From Phoronis australis (taxonomy: Eukaryota > Animalia > Phoronida): DNA of 64,000 nt. Under the pieces are notes generated by a model. The model was not told the origin of the DNA, did no database searches, and saw nothing but the letters and a program-made list of their open reading frames with translations. Location: contig NMRA01000769.1 in assembly GCA_002633005.1 (NCBI GenBank), positions 1 to 64,000 of the forward strand, written 5' to 3'. The translations under genes were made by a program, and so were the position numbers. The stretch's first letter is position 1, and each line of letters begins with the position of its first letter. Below are positions 1 to 12,200 of the stretch, one piece after another.

Positions 1-517
1 CCCCGCCACTGAAACTGTCTGGCAGTGGATAATTTTGATACAGTGAATTGAGTAGAATTAAAAAATATACAAAAGTACTCAAAAGCATGCGCACATACAA
101 AGACATACAACTTAATTTACTGTATGAATGAAGCATAAGATAAGATCCTATATGAAAACACTGGAGTAAGATTTTCCCCTGATGTTCTTTTTAGTTTGAT
201 AGATGTTACACCATTCTTTATTAAAACGACTCTTTAGAGCAATTCAAACTTGTTGAAGAGGCTTTTTAAACTTCTCAAAGGGTTGCGACACTGAACTGCA
301 TGAAGCAGCTTGAAGTCTGGTGAATTATCGTTCAGTTGAAAAGTGTGATGCTGTCCCTGTTGTCAATAATATAAAATAAAAAGTCGTCGGTTCTTGGCCT
401 CAAAATTGAAAATTCAACTATGGTTGCTTCATCCTTTGATTCTGATGTTCTCTTCAAATGAGATATTGTCCCTTTTACCGATAAATTTCCACGACTGCCC
501 CCCACGGAAAACATGTA

Positions 518-1702
518 CTGACTATGTCAACAGACATTTCAGTGGATTTTAAGGGGGCGTGATTATATGTTAACATACTCAAATTTCTTAAGATTTGACT
601 GTATTGCTGAAAATCCTATCTTCCCAATGTAGCTGTACATGTTTCAGCTTGTCGTTAAATCAAAAACTTCTGCAACTTGACAAAAAGTTAAACTTAGCCA
701 AGCTTTGAAGCTGACGCCCGGCCTGCACTCAAGAAAATACCCCTGTCAACCCCTGATTGTCTGAGATATAAGCACGAACTACACTCTTTCTTTGCTCATT
801 AATAAGACACTGTACCTGCCCAAGTAACATGAATGCAGCCATTCATCTTTATCGTTCCGCTTGCTCCCTTTGCGCGTATTGGGGCCATGCGCCTTAATGG
901 TGTTTATGCGATGCAAAATGGCAAACATTGACATACATTTAGTCAAATGAAAAGTACAGACACTTGATGAAAAAATAAAATAAAAACATCCCGTTTACGA
1001 AAGGCACCTGGACCAACAAGTGAATTGAAACACACGGGTCTACACTGTACGTGCAAAGCATTAGAACAGAATTATTTCATTTGGACAACAGCATCATTCG
1101 GCGTGAACAGGTGTTTTGGCCTGTTTTTGGACGCGCACATATATGAACGGCAATCGTTAAGTTAGGTGTAAAGTGTGAAGCGGAGAAACTGCGCTAACAG
1201 GGCGTAAGACTGCCATTGCGGGTGTTGTCTTGAATGTTGGTTCCACACTGAGGTTGATCTCAGACAAACCTTTCTCACCTAAATTTAAAAATTAAGGGTC
1301 CCCAAAACCTGAACTTTTGAACTTCGATTTCCTACAACTTTTACTTACAAACTGCTAGACAAACTTGAACTCATACCTAGATGAATTGCCGAAGAGGTCC
1401 TTGCTGAAAAATGCAGACTTCAACGAAAACCTTGCAACTAAACGTGTAGAAAAATGAAGAGTTGTAGTTTCATTTAATTTGATAACTGTGTGTGAATTGA
1501 AGCAACATGGGAATGATTCGTTGCTATTGATTTGTATGTTTGCACATCTGAAAATATCGACGAAAGTCTACGATTCACGAATGACTATTTCTAATTACTT
1601 ACAAACTGGAGACTCATTTGCAAACCTGAAACATTTTTAACTTGCAAACATGTCATTATAATCCTTACGTCGTCCGCATATAGCGCAAATCAACAAAAAC
1701 GC
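518..1702. repeat. Segmental duplicate A (copy at 7497-8685)
   Basis: Long colinear near-identity starting ctgactatgtcaacagacatttcagtgg. Confidence 0.85.
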
Positions 1703-1715
1703 GAAGGACCCACTA

Positions 1716-2520
1716 ACCCCCTGTGCCAGACACGCAAGCGTTTTGTCAACTTGCATGAAACATTGCGAATTGGTGCTTGGACTTAAACTAATCGTGCATT
1801 TCTCCAAATTTGGTGATTTCTAGTTCCCAATTGCGGTCCAGATGATAGTACACTGGAGCTAGAATGTAATGGCACTGCAATCTTTTCCACCTCGTAATTA
1901 TAGTCACTGCTTTGTATTATCTAATAAATCAGGTCTCTCGTACTTCATGCAAAGGGGACTTGGGCACTGACAAATGGTGCGTCGATTTATGTTGCAGTCA
2001 AAACGCTGACGGCATGTTGGTCTTCCCCAAATTTCTTCTCAACCGTGTTATGTCCAAAAGTGGCCACAGCCTTACAAAATCCTGCTTGGTAGTATTTGGC
2101 ATCCAGTTTTCCTTTCACTTGGAACACAAATATTTATTTACTTTGAAAATTTTAATAAAACGTGAAGTTTGCAAGAAAGGTAATGAGATGCTTAGAAATA
2201 TCCCCTGAAACCTCTGGTTCGCTTGGTACTTTAAATCAATGGAAACAGTAGATTTTGAAGTTGATCCTCTAGGTTTTTGAAGTTCTTTAATAATTTTTTA
2301 AAATAAAATTTAAAAAATTCTTACCTCATGTCTTGCTCTCTGGCCCACGGGGTCTAATCTCTAAGTACAGATGCACTCAAATCTTTTTTACCCTGTTTAT
2401 CTGGCTAAAAACGACGTTCAAGTTGGTGGGCATTATTGACGTGAAGTCGCAACTTATGAGATGAACAACTCGAGTTGAAGGCAATGAGTACACTAGCGCT
2501 ACTTTCGAGTGCACAACTTA
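1716..2520. repeat. Segmental duplicate B (copies at 9441-10310 and partial 7050-7494)
   Basis: Shared sequence such as gacttgggcactgacaaa and gaaacctctggttcgcttggtactttaaatcaatgg in three places. Confidence 0.85.
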
Positions 2521-2672
2521 CGGTATGGTCAACTAGAGTGGAAGGCGATGAGTACACTGTCTTGCGCTACTTTAGAATGCACAATTTACGGTATGGTCAA
2601 CTCGAGTGGAAGGCGATGAGTACACTGTCTTGCGCTGCTTTAGAATGCACAATTTACGGTATGGTCAACTCC
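2467..2672. repeat. Tandem repeat, ~3 x 63-68 bp
   Basis: caactcgagtggaaggcgatgagtacact...tgcacaatttacggtatggt units. Confidence 0.8.
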
Positions 2673-2919
2673 AGAGACTGATGATTTAGATGTCATTGTT
2701 GTTGACAGAAATAGTATCATATCGCAGAAAGGAATATTATGAAATTCTTATTAGAGTGGAAGGCATAATTTCATTGAAAACATCGATTCTGACTGCGGTG
2801 TTAATACAACTCTCTCAGAACTTTCTCACCAGTAAATTACTGAATATGTCTGAGTCATGCCATAACACAATATTGTTATCGCACCATTGCAATCCAATGA
2901 AAGAGCCACTGAAGTGTCC

Positions 2920-3795
2920 TCTTAAATTCCGANATCGGCGAACACATGATCGCGCAAGTTGCTGCTTGGCTGCCAGTACAAGAACTTGGTGAGGAACCGA
3001 ATGTCATCATTGCTTTCAACAGGGAAGCTCGGGAATGGCCTCCTGGAGTAGCCCAAGCATTGTGCCGTCAGCAATGGCGTGATCTTGGCGGTATTAATGC
3101 CATCATTGTAGCAACTGATGGATCCTTCGATGGTGAAACTAATCGTGCGGGATGGGGCTATCAAATACGCTGTGCTAACAACGTCATTGCGGAAGGTAGT
3201 GGCTGCCACCATATATCCACAAGCAGTACGCGGATGGAGTTTGAGGCTATACAACGAGCCCTAACCAAGCTGTCACTCCTAGACCTGGAGAATCACACCA
3301 TTATCTTTGCCACCGATTCCATGGCAGTGTTGATGAAAGTTCAATCTGGAAACCTCCCAGCCAACTGGGGTGTCTTCCGATCACGCCACCCTCATCATGT
3401 GGTGATCTGGTCTTTCGTACCTGGCCACGCCGGTGTCTTGATTAATGAGCGTGCAGATTACCTCGCTGGCTCATGCACCACCAACCAACCCCTCTACTTA
3501 TATTCGGCTGACGTTAAGCTGCTGGCTCGCAAACGCAACCACGAGCAGACTGCATCCCAGCTGGCTGAGTTCAATGATGGCAGCCGCCTGCTCGAAGCCG
3601 GTATTATTTATGGCCATGCTGCGAAGAGTCACAAGAAGGGCCGTGCCAGAGTGCTATCTAATCAAATGCTTACAGGCAACGTCAGCCCTGGAGTTCTGCG
3701 CCTTCTGCTGTCACGGGGATGGTCTGGGGAGGGGATTAATGCACCAGCATATCCCCAATGATCCTGTCCGTGACAGGTATTACAGGTATTACAGG
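2920..3795 (+). mobile_element. 5'-truncated non-LTR retrotransposon remnant carrying an RNase H domain (ORF 2946-3761)
   Basis: Intronless GC-richer ORF with ATDGS, STRMEFEAI, FATDS and VPGHAG..NERADYLA (RNase HI D-E-D-D set). Followed by a short 3' UTR and an ACAGGTATT tandem tail; no RT upstream. Confidence 0.8.
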
Positions 3796-3852
3796 GGACC
3801 GGTGCTCCAACTTTTGGGACTCCTACAGTGTATACTGGATGGTTGCATCTAA

Positions 3853-4122
3853 GAGCGGGTTGGTCTGACCTAAAATGGATTGGCTGGTGGTCAAATACAT
3901 AACAGGCTCTACACGTTTAAAGCGAGTCTCTGAGGCGGTCAGGCCGTCGTGTTTGATCTCCGACCAACTGTATATACCACTGGCCAATGTATCGGTTCCA
4001 ACCAACCATTTCTTTGTGATTTCATCACGTTTTGAAGTCCGGACATCACGTTTGATTTACAGGACATTTGGTTCTGTAGTCCAACCGAATGTCCGGGCAA
4101 ACGGTTTTGAAATCCGACCAAT
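3853..4122. mobile_element. Diverged copy of the MITE-like family also found at 35-38.7 kb
   Basis: ggccgtcgtgtttgatc, ttttgaagtccgg and the terminal gttttgaaatccgaccaa are shared with those copies. Confidence 0.5.
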
Positions 4123-4264
4123 AGCCGATATTTCCATGAATAAGGTTTTGGATGAAGTCATACAAACTGCAAAACAAGCATTTTTTACAGATTTTATAGT
4201 CACGATTTTGAGGCGTTGATCCAGGTGTTTCATTCTGCAAGATTCAGAAAACGTTATTTTTTGC

Positions 4265-4394
4265 TTTGACAGTGGACAGTGAGAAAGTGATTTGCCGAAG
4301 CAAATGTGGACTTCACGAGTGATGACATTTGACAGTGGACTGTGAGAAAGTGATTTGACGAAGCAAATGTGGACTTCACGAGTGATGACATTTG
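4265..4394. repeat. Tandem duplication 2 x 63 bp
   Basis: tttgacagtggac.gtgagaaagtgatttg.cgaagcaaatgtggacttcacgagtgatgaca occurs twice. Confidence 0.8.
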
Positions 4395-4444
4395 GCCAAA
4401 AGACACTGTATCTCACCTTGAGTGTTTCTACTTGTCGTACGTTA

Positions 4445-5216
4445 GAGGTCGTATAGGTTCTCCAAATGTTATTGTTTTGTAGAACTGATTCATACCATTG
4501 AAAATATCGACTTTCCAATCGCAAAACTTCTTCACTAAATCTCTTATGTCCAGCATGTCACAATCTCATGGGTTCAGTCTCGTTCTTGTCGTGCTTTGTT
4601 AAATACACTACATCAATCATACGGTACATTATGTTCCGCAGCAAACCTTCATGTAACCCAGCATCTCCACATGTACACTGTGCTGTATGTTTCTACACCA
4701 CTCCCTCGTGTAACGCAGTATCACCAGAGTACACTGCACATGTATGTTCTACACCACCCCCTCGTGTAACCCAGCATCACCAGTGTACACTGTATGTTCT
4801 ACAGCACTCCTTCTTGTAACCCAGCATCACCAGTATACACTGTATGTTCTACACTAATCCTTCGTGTAACCCAGCCTCGTCGCGTGTACACTGTACACTG
4901 TATGATCTACAGCACTCCCTCGTGTAACCCCAGCATCTCCAGTGTACACTGTATGTTCTACACCACTCGTTCGTGTAACCCAGCCTCATCGCGTGTACAC
5001 TGTATACTCTATGTTCTACAGCACTCCTTGTAACCCAGCATCACCAGCGTACATGTACATTGTACGTTCTACACCACTCCTTCGTGTAACCCACCACTAG
5101 GGTTCATCATAATTTTACTGTCATTTTCGTACTAACCGTGCCTTGAATAAAACATTACACCAATCATACGATACATTATGTTCCATAGCAAACCTTCGTG
5201 TAACCCAGCATCACCA
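4445..5216. repeat. Segmental duplicate C containing a ~50-bp minisatellite (gtaacccagcatcaccagtgtacactgtatgttctacaccactcc); copy at 10778-11503
   Basis: Near-identical flanks and repeat units in both copies. Confidence 0.85.
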
Positions 5217-6272
5217 CGAGCCATTGACGAAATACATGTATATAAAGTCGAGTCCCTCCATTTAACTGCTGCCAATAATTTCACAAAAAGCAGAAAGTAG
5301 TATGTTCATGTCTACGTAACATCACTAAGTGACACGTTTTTTGCCTCATAATATCGATACAATTATTTAAGTTCACCAAATTCAAGCTGAAAAGAATTCA
5401 ACTTGATGCCGGAATATCTTGCATAAAATAGATTAATTACAAGTGGGTGCCTGCTTCACTAAAAACCTTAAAATCGAGAAATATATCACCAAGATGGTAT
5501 TTTTTATGTTTCAAAAGTTCAGGTTGATGGCCTTTTTTCTGTTGTTTAAACAAAAGATGGCGCTATGTGAGTCTCGATGGTGTTCATGTGTCGGTGAGGT
5601 TGACTTCACTTGTAAACATTGCATTTATATTTATTACCCAAGTTCAAAAGCATGACTTCAGTAGAGCAAAAACTGTTAATTTTAGATCAATAAAACGAGA
5701 AACAAAATCAAGGAGTGGAATCCTCGCTTTCCTAGGTTTTTACAAACTCGCAAGGGATTAACAGACTATTTCGTTTGCTCAGTTGCAGTTGATTCGGCGA
5801 ATTTAGTTGGTCAAGGTGAATGCGCTTTTGATTATTTTTATCATTTGTTTTTATTCGGACCTAGGCGGATATATTCGTGTAGAAGGTGTTGGGCATCCTG
5901 ACTAGCTTAGCAGCATTTTGCCTCACTCTTAACGTAAAAAATACAAATGACAAATCTGATTGAAAAATTTCACCATCATACAGGTAGTGTGCGCTTTGTA
6001 AAAATACAAACTAGGTGTCGAACACACCTTGGTGCGTCGTCAAATACTCGTGAGCTATCATTCATAAACTGAGTAAACAACGTGTTTAAGTTTGCAGTCG
6101 ACTAAATTAAAAAATTTCTTGCGCTTTGGCGTTGCGACACTCGTAATTTTCGTTCGACAAAAACGCCGTAGGTTAGTTTCTTCGGTTGCTGCAATCATTT
6201 CACTCGTTCTTTTACCAGACCCAGATTTTTTGCTATCAAGTTGTCACTTTTCTTTCTCCAACACTGACAACT

Positions 6273-6291
6273 ATGACAGGAAGTGATCTAA
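6273..6291 (+). CDS. Tentative initiator exon (MTGSDL/S)
   Basis: ATG at 6273 followed by A|GTAAGA donor in phase 1, matching the phase-1 acceptor at 14953; pyrimidine-rich acceptor ends at 6218. Confidence 0.35.
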
Positions 6292-9200
6292 GTAAGATTG
6301 ACTATTTGTCAGGAACTAAGTTATATTTTTATTTTTCACAGTGCAGACTCTTTAGCAACATAACAATCGTGAAATAAGTGGCAGTGTCTCTTGTTTACAG
6401 TAATGAAAATTATGGCTGTTTTCATAATTTATTAAGAAGTTAGTTTATTTTTATGATTACGGTTGTCAACAGTGTCTTCGCTTTCCTCACCCTTCCAAAG
6501 TCATATTATTGAAACATTATAATATGTAAATTTAGTGTGGAAGTTTTTAAAAAGTCATACAGGTATAGACTACACAAAAGACGTAACTGACTCTCGTCTT
6601 TGAGTTTGTAGTCCAGTTAACAATCATGTATTTATTCAAGAACTGATTTTCCAGTAACTAAGCTAAAAAGAACATCGTGAGGGGTGCGCTCTCTGCGGGC
6701 GCCAAATACCGACCCTGGGTGTCCTTTGATGAAGCTGCTTTATAAATCTTCAATAAATCACAGATTCTGGATTCCCAAGTTGCACATCCTGCACCAATCT
6801 GAAGTAAAACTGAAGCTTGATGTTTCCACTCAATTTGACCCCCGGTAAAGAAATTGCACGCCATTCATATTCTCCACCACCGTAAAGTCCGAACGCTTCC
6901 GGTTTGTGCATACAGTATTGACGTTTTATGAAGTCAAACACGAAATTGTCTGCAGCTGCATTCCACCATAGATTATAGACTATAGTCTATGATTCCACAC
7001 ATTGTGTATGTCCAATATAATTCAACCTAGGCAAAATGATTGTGACTCGTACTAACAAATCAAGTCTCTCGTACTTCATGGGTAGGTGACTTGGGCACTG
7101 ACAAACGCTACGTCGAGTTATGTTGCAGTCAAAACGCTGACGGCATGTTGGTCTTCCCCTCATTTCTTCTCAAACGTGTTATGTCCAAAAGGGGCCACAG
7201 CCTTACAAAATCCTGTTTGGCAGTATTTGGCATCCAGTTTTTATTTCAATTTGAACACAAATATTTATTTGCTTTGAAAATTTGAATAAAACGTGAAGTA
7301 TGCAAGAAAGGTAATGAGATGCTTAGAAATATCCCCCGAAACCTCTGGTTCGCTTGGTACTTTAAATCAATGGAAACAGTGGATTTTGAAGTTGATCATC
7401 TAGATTTTGGAAGTTCTTTAATCATTAAATTTAAAAAATTCTAACCTCATGTCTTGGACTCAGGCCCACGGGGTCTAATCTCTAAGTGCAGATGTTCTGA
7501 CTATGTCAACAGACATTTCAGTGGATTTTAAGGGGGCGTGATTATATGTTAACATTCTCAAATTTCTTAAGATTTGACTGTATTGCTGAAAATTCCACCT
7601 TCACAATGTAGCTGCACGTGTTTCAGCTTGTCGTTAAATCAAAAACTTCTGCAACTTGACAAAAAGTTGAAATTAGCCGAGCTTTGCCGATGACGCCCGG
7701 CCTGCGCTCATGAAAATACTCTCACTGTTTAAAATGATTACTCATTGATAATACACTGTACCTGCACAACTACCATGAATGCAGCCATTCATCTTTACCG
7801 TTCCGCTTTCTGCCTGTGCACGTATTAAGGGCCATGCACCTTGAATGGATTTGCTTTTGCGATGCAAAATTACAGACGTCGACGTACAGTACATTCAGAC
7901 AAATAAAAGTACTGACACTTGATGAAAAAATAAAACCAAATAAAAACATTCCGTTTAGGAAAAGCACCTGGACCGACAAATGAATTTAATACGCTTGTGT
8001 CTACGTGCAAGGCATTTGAACAGAATGATGTCCTTTGGACAACCGAATCATTACGCGTGTACAGGTGTTTTGGCCTAAAAACGCACATGTATGAACAGCA
8101 ATCGTAAAGTGCGAAGCGGAGAAACGGCGCTAACATACATGTAGCGTAAGACTGCCATCGCAGGTGTTGAATGTTGGCTCCACACTGAGGTTAATCTCAA
8201 AACACTCTTTTTCACCTAAATTGCAAACAATTTCGGGGCCCCAAACCCAGCTTTGAGAACCTCGATTTTCTACAACTTTTACTTACAAGCTGCTAGACAA
8301 ATTTGAGCGCATACCTAGATGGATTGCCGAAGAGCTCCTTGCTGAAAAATGCAGACTTCAACAAAAACCTTGCAACTAAACGTGTAGAAAAATGGAAAGT
8401 GTTGTAGTTTCTTTTAATTTGATAACTGTGTGTGATTTGAAGCAACATGGGAATGATTCGTTGCTCATTGATTTGCATGTTTACGCTTCTGCGAATATCG
8501 ACGAATGTGTACGATTCACCAATGACTATTTCCAATTATTAACAAATTGGAGACTCATTTGCAAGCCTTCGATTCATGTATAACTATTTCCAAGTACTCA
8601 TTTGCAAACCTGAAACATTTTCAACTTGCATACACGTCATTATAATCCTGACGTCATCTGCATATAGCGCAAATCAACAAAACGCACAGCACGCTTGCAA
8701 TTCTGTAGCTTCTGATAGATTTCAATCAGCCGACATGGATAGGAGTAAATTGGAAACATTTCCTTAGCGAGACTTGACGGTTCCGTAACATATTGTTAAA
8801 CGATGACGCGTGTTTACTTTAAAATTCATTGTTTACTCAAAAGTACTGAAAATGTACCAATCGTGAAAAGAAAAACACTTGGCGGATGATCGATTACTAG
8901 TACATGTGGAATATTTGAGCATTCTTCTTTGAACAAACAAATTACATTGCATTTTTATCATCTCGGTTTTCTTCTTGCACTTCTCTGACCCATGCGATTA
9001 CATTTGTTTAGACGTTGTTGGATATAATGTTGCGCTTAACTTTATTTTGCTGAACTAATAGTAGTAGATCTCATTAAATGGATATCTTCTCAATGCAAAT
9101 AGCAGAAAATTGAGAGAGTGCTTTGTGTGAGGGCGCGGACTCGTCGTTTTTCCGTAACCCGAGTTTTCTGGGTTCCGAAAAAACTGCAGTGAGTCGTCAA

Positions 9201-12200
9201 GCGTTCGTGAGCTTTTAGTCAAACACCTTGTTAAAGGGGCATTTCTTCCATACTCACCGCTGACTTGGAAACTGACCCAAAAATATTCTTCAACGTAGTG
9301 CTTCCGTTTTGACAATTAGGGAGACCCTCCCAAGTCAGTTTCAAGTAATCGGTTAATGGATTTAGAAACAAATGCCTATAATCTGGAGGTGAAAACTATT
9401 CCACGTGTGTTCCATGATTAATTCTACCTAGGACCCAATAACCCCCTGTGCCAGACCATCAAACAAGTGTTCTGTCAACTCTCATAAAACGAATTGGTGA
9501 TTGGAATTAAATTAATCCAGCATCTGGCAATTATTCTACAAATTTGGTGATTGCTAGTCCCCAATTGGGGTTCAGATGATGGTACACTGGAGCTAGGCTG
9601 TAATGGCACTGCAATCTTTTCCACCTCGTAATTATAGTCACTGCTTTGTACTATCTAACAAATCAAGTCTCTCGTACTTCATGCGTAGGGGACTTGGGCA
9701 CTGACAAATGGTGCGTCGAGTTATGTTGCAGTCAAAACGCTGACGGCATTTTGGTCTTTCCCACATTTTGTCTCAAACGTGTTAGGTCCAAAAATGGCAA
9801 CAGTCTTACAAAATACTGCTTGGCAGTTTTTGGCATCCAGTTTTTATTTCAATTTGAACACAAATAATACTTTGAGAATTTGAATAAAACGTGAAGTATG
9901 CAAGAAAGGTAATGAGATGCTTAGAAATATCCCCTGAAACCTCTGGATCGCTTGGTACTTTAAATCAATGGAAGCAGTGAATTTTGAAGTTGATCATCTA
10001 GATTTTTGAAATTCTTTTATCATTTCTTTAAAATAAAATTTAAAAAATTCTCACGTCATGTCTTGCACTCTGGCCAGCGGGGTCTAATCTCTAAGTACAG
10101 ATCTACTCAACTCTTTCATCCTGTTTATCTGGCTAAAAACGAAGTTCAAGTAGGTGGGCATTATTGGCGTGAAATCGCAGCTTATGGGAAGACCAACTCG
10201 AGCTGAAGGCAATGAGTACACTTGTACTACTTTCGAGTGCACAATTTATGTGATCGTCAACTCGAGTGGAAAGGAATGAGTACACTTGCACTACTTTAGA
10301 ATGCACAATATTATGTTGTATTTTTCAGTTTCGACACTCCCGTTCATACTGCGGTCCTTATGATTTTCCCTTTTATTGGCAATTCCATTTTTAATCCATT
10401 ACAATGTACTTCTTCAGATTATTTCATAACAAGTAAGCTCTGTGCCTTTGTTTCGTGTAACATCAAGCAAGCCTACATATCATGTTGGAACAAAAATGTA
10501 CTTTTAGACTGTGGGTGGTCCTGTTATTAGTAATTACCTCTGTGAAAGAAAACAATCCAAACATTACACTAATCACGTGATCATAACGCGGACCAGTGAT
10601 ATCACATATTGTTTTGTAACTCAGCAAAAATATTCTAGTCTCAGATTACGACATTAAATTACCGTGGAACACCAAAAATATCAACATCCCATAAATGACT
10701 TAACACGTTGCTCGAAAAGGTGTTTGTGAGCGTATTATCATGATGGAGTAACTAACGTGAAACCTACTTTGAGTTTTGAGGTCGTATAGGTTCTCCAAAT
10801 GTTATTGTTCTGTAGAACTGTTTTATACCATTGAAAATATCGACTTTCCAATCGCAAAACTTCTTCACTAAATCTCTTATGTCCAGCATGTCATAATCTC
10901 ATGGGTTCAGTCTCGTTCTTGCCGTGCTTTGTTAAATACATTACATCAATCATACGGTACATTATGTTCCGCAGCAAACCTTCATGTAACCCAGCATCTC
11001 CACATCTACACTGTGCTGTATGTTTCTACACCACTCCCTCGTGTAAAGCAGCATCACCAGTGTACACTGTACATGTATGTTCTACACCACTCCTTCGTGT
11101 AACCCAGCCTCATCGAGTGTACACTGTACACTGTATGTTCTACAGCACTCCTTGTAACCCAGCATCACCAGTGTGCACTGTATGTTCTACACCACTCCTT
11201 CGTGTAACCCAGCCTCATCGCGTGTACACTGTACACTGTATGTTCTACACCACTCTTTCGTGTAACCCAGCCTCATCGCGTGTACACTGTACACTCTATG
11301 TTCTACAGCACTCCTTGTAACCCAGCATCACCAGTGTACATGTACATTGTACGTTCTACACCACTCCTTCGTGTAACCCACCACTAGGGTTCATCATCAT
11401 TTTACTGTCATTCTCGTACTAACAGTGCCTTGATTAAAACATTACACCAATCATACGATACATTATGTTCCATAGCAAACCTTCGTGTAACCCAGCATCA
11501 CCAGTGTACAGTCATGTGCGTTCTAAACCNAAATACTGTTGCTTTACGGTTTGTTCGTACTGTGTAACACCCCTAAAATAGACTAAGCTGTAGAGATACT
11601 CACTTTAAGGTTGTAGTTGCGCCTTATTGTCAAGGAAAGCTTATGTCCGTGAAAATAAACACTGGGAAACGCGGTGTGAATTCCACCCGTGAATCAATGA
11701 GTCGAGCTCTGGCATACATGTATATCACATAATTTCTACCTGTTCTGCGATTTTCTTATTCCATTTTTGTCCCCCTCTTGCTAATATATGGACTGTAGTT
11801 TCTCATTTATTCCGTTTTGATTTGAAAAATGTCAATCTTTTTGAAAAATATTTGTAACTTCTCAGGTAATTCCCCTCTGCCTATAAGCTAACTTCAACAA
11901 AGTTTTTGGGGCAACAGACATTCCAGCTAATATCACTCAATCAGTGGTCACGCAATCCTTGCGTATTTTTGAATGGTGAAAATAATCCAAAACCCCTTTG
12001 TCGCTCTGACTTCACACCTATGTTGGCGCCCCTAATAGAGGTCATCAAAATTCGCGAAAGGGCGAGTTAACCGAGTTATCATCCATTTTTGGGACATTAT
12101 GTTTCTACAAAAAACAATGACTCGACTTCCTACAGTACAAATCGGTTCGCCTGTCAGGCTCTAGTCCCACTAGACTTTCCACACAGGAGTGTTGTACATT

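Noticed and set aside
3445-3852. Overlapping alternative-frame ORFs on the RNase H (also 2922-3254 minus)
   Set aside because: Shadow ORFs of a GC-richer coding sequence.
4568-5033. Cys/His-rich repetitive ORFs (also 10901-11320)
   Set aside because: Translations of a minisatellite whose unit lengths do not preserve frame.
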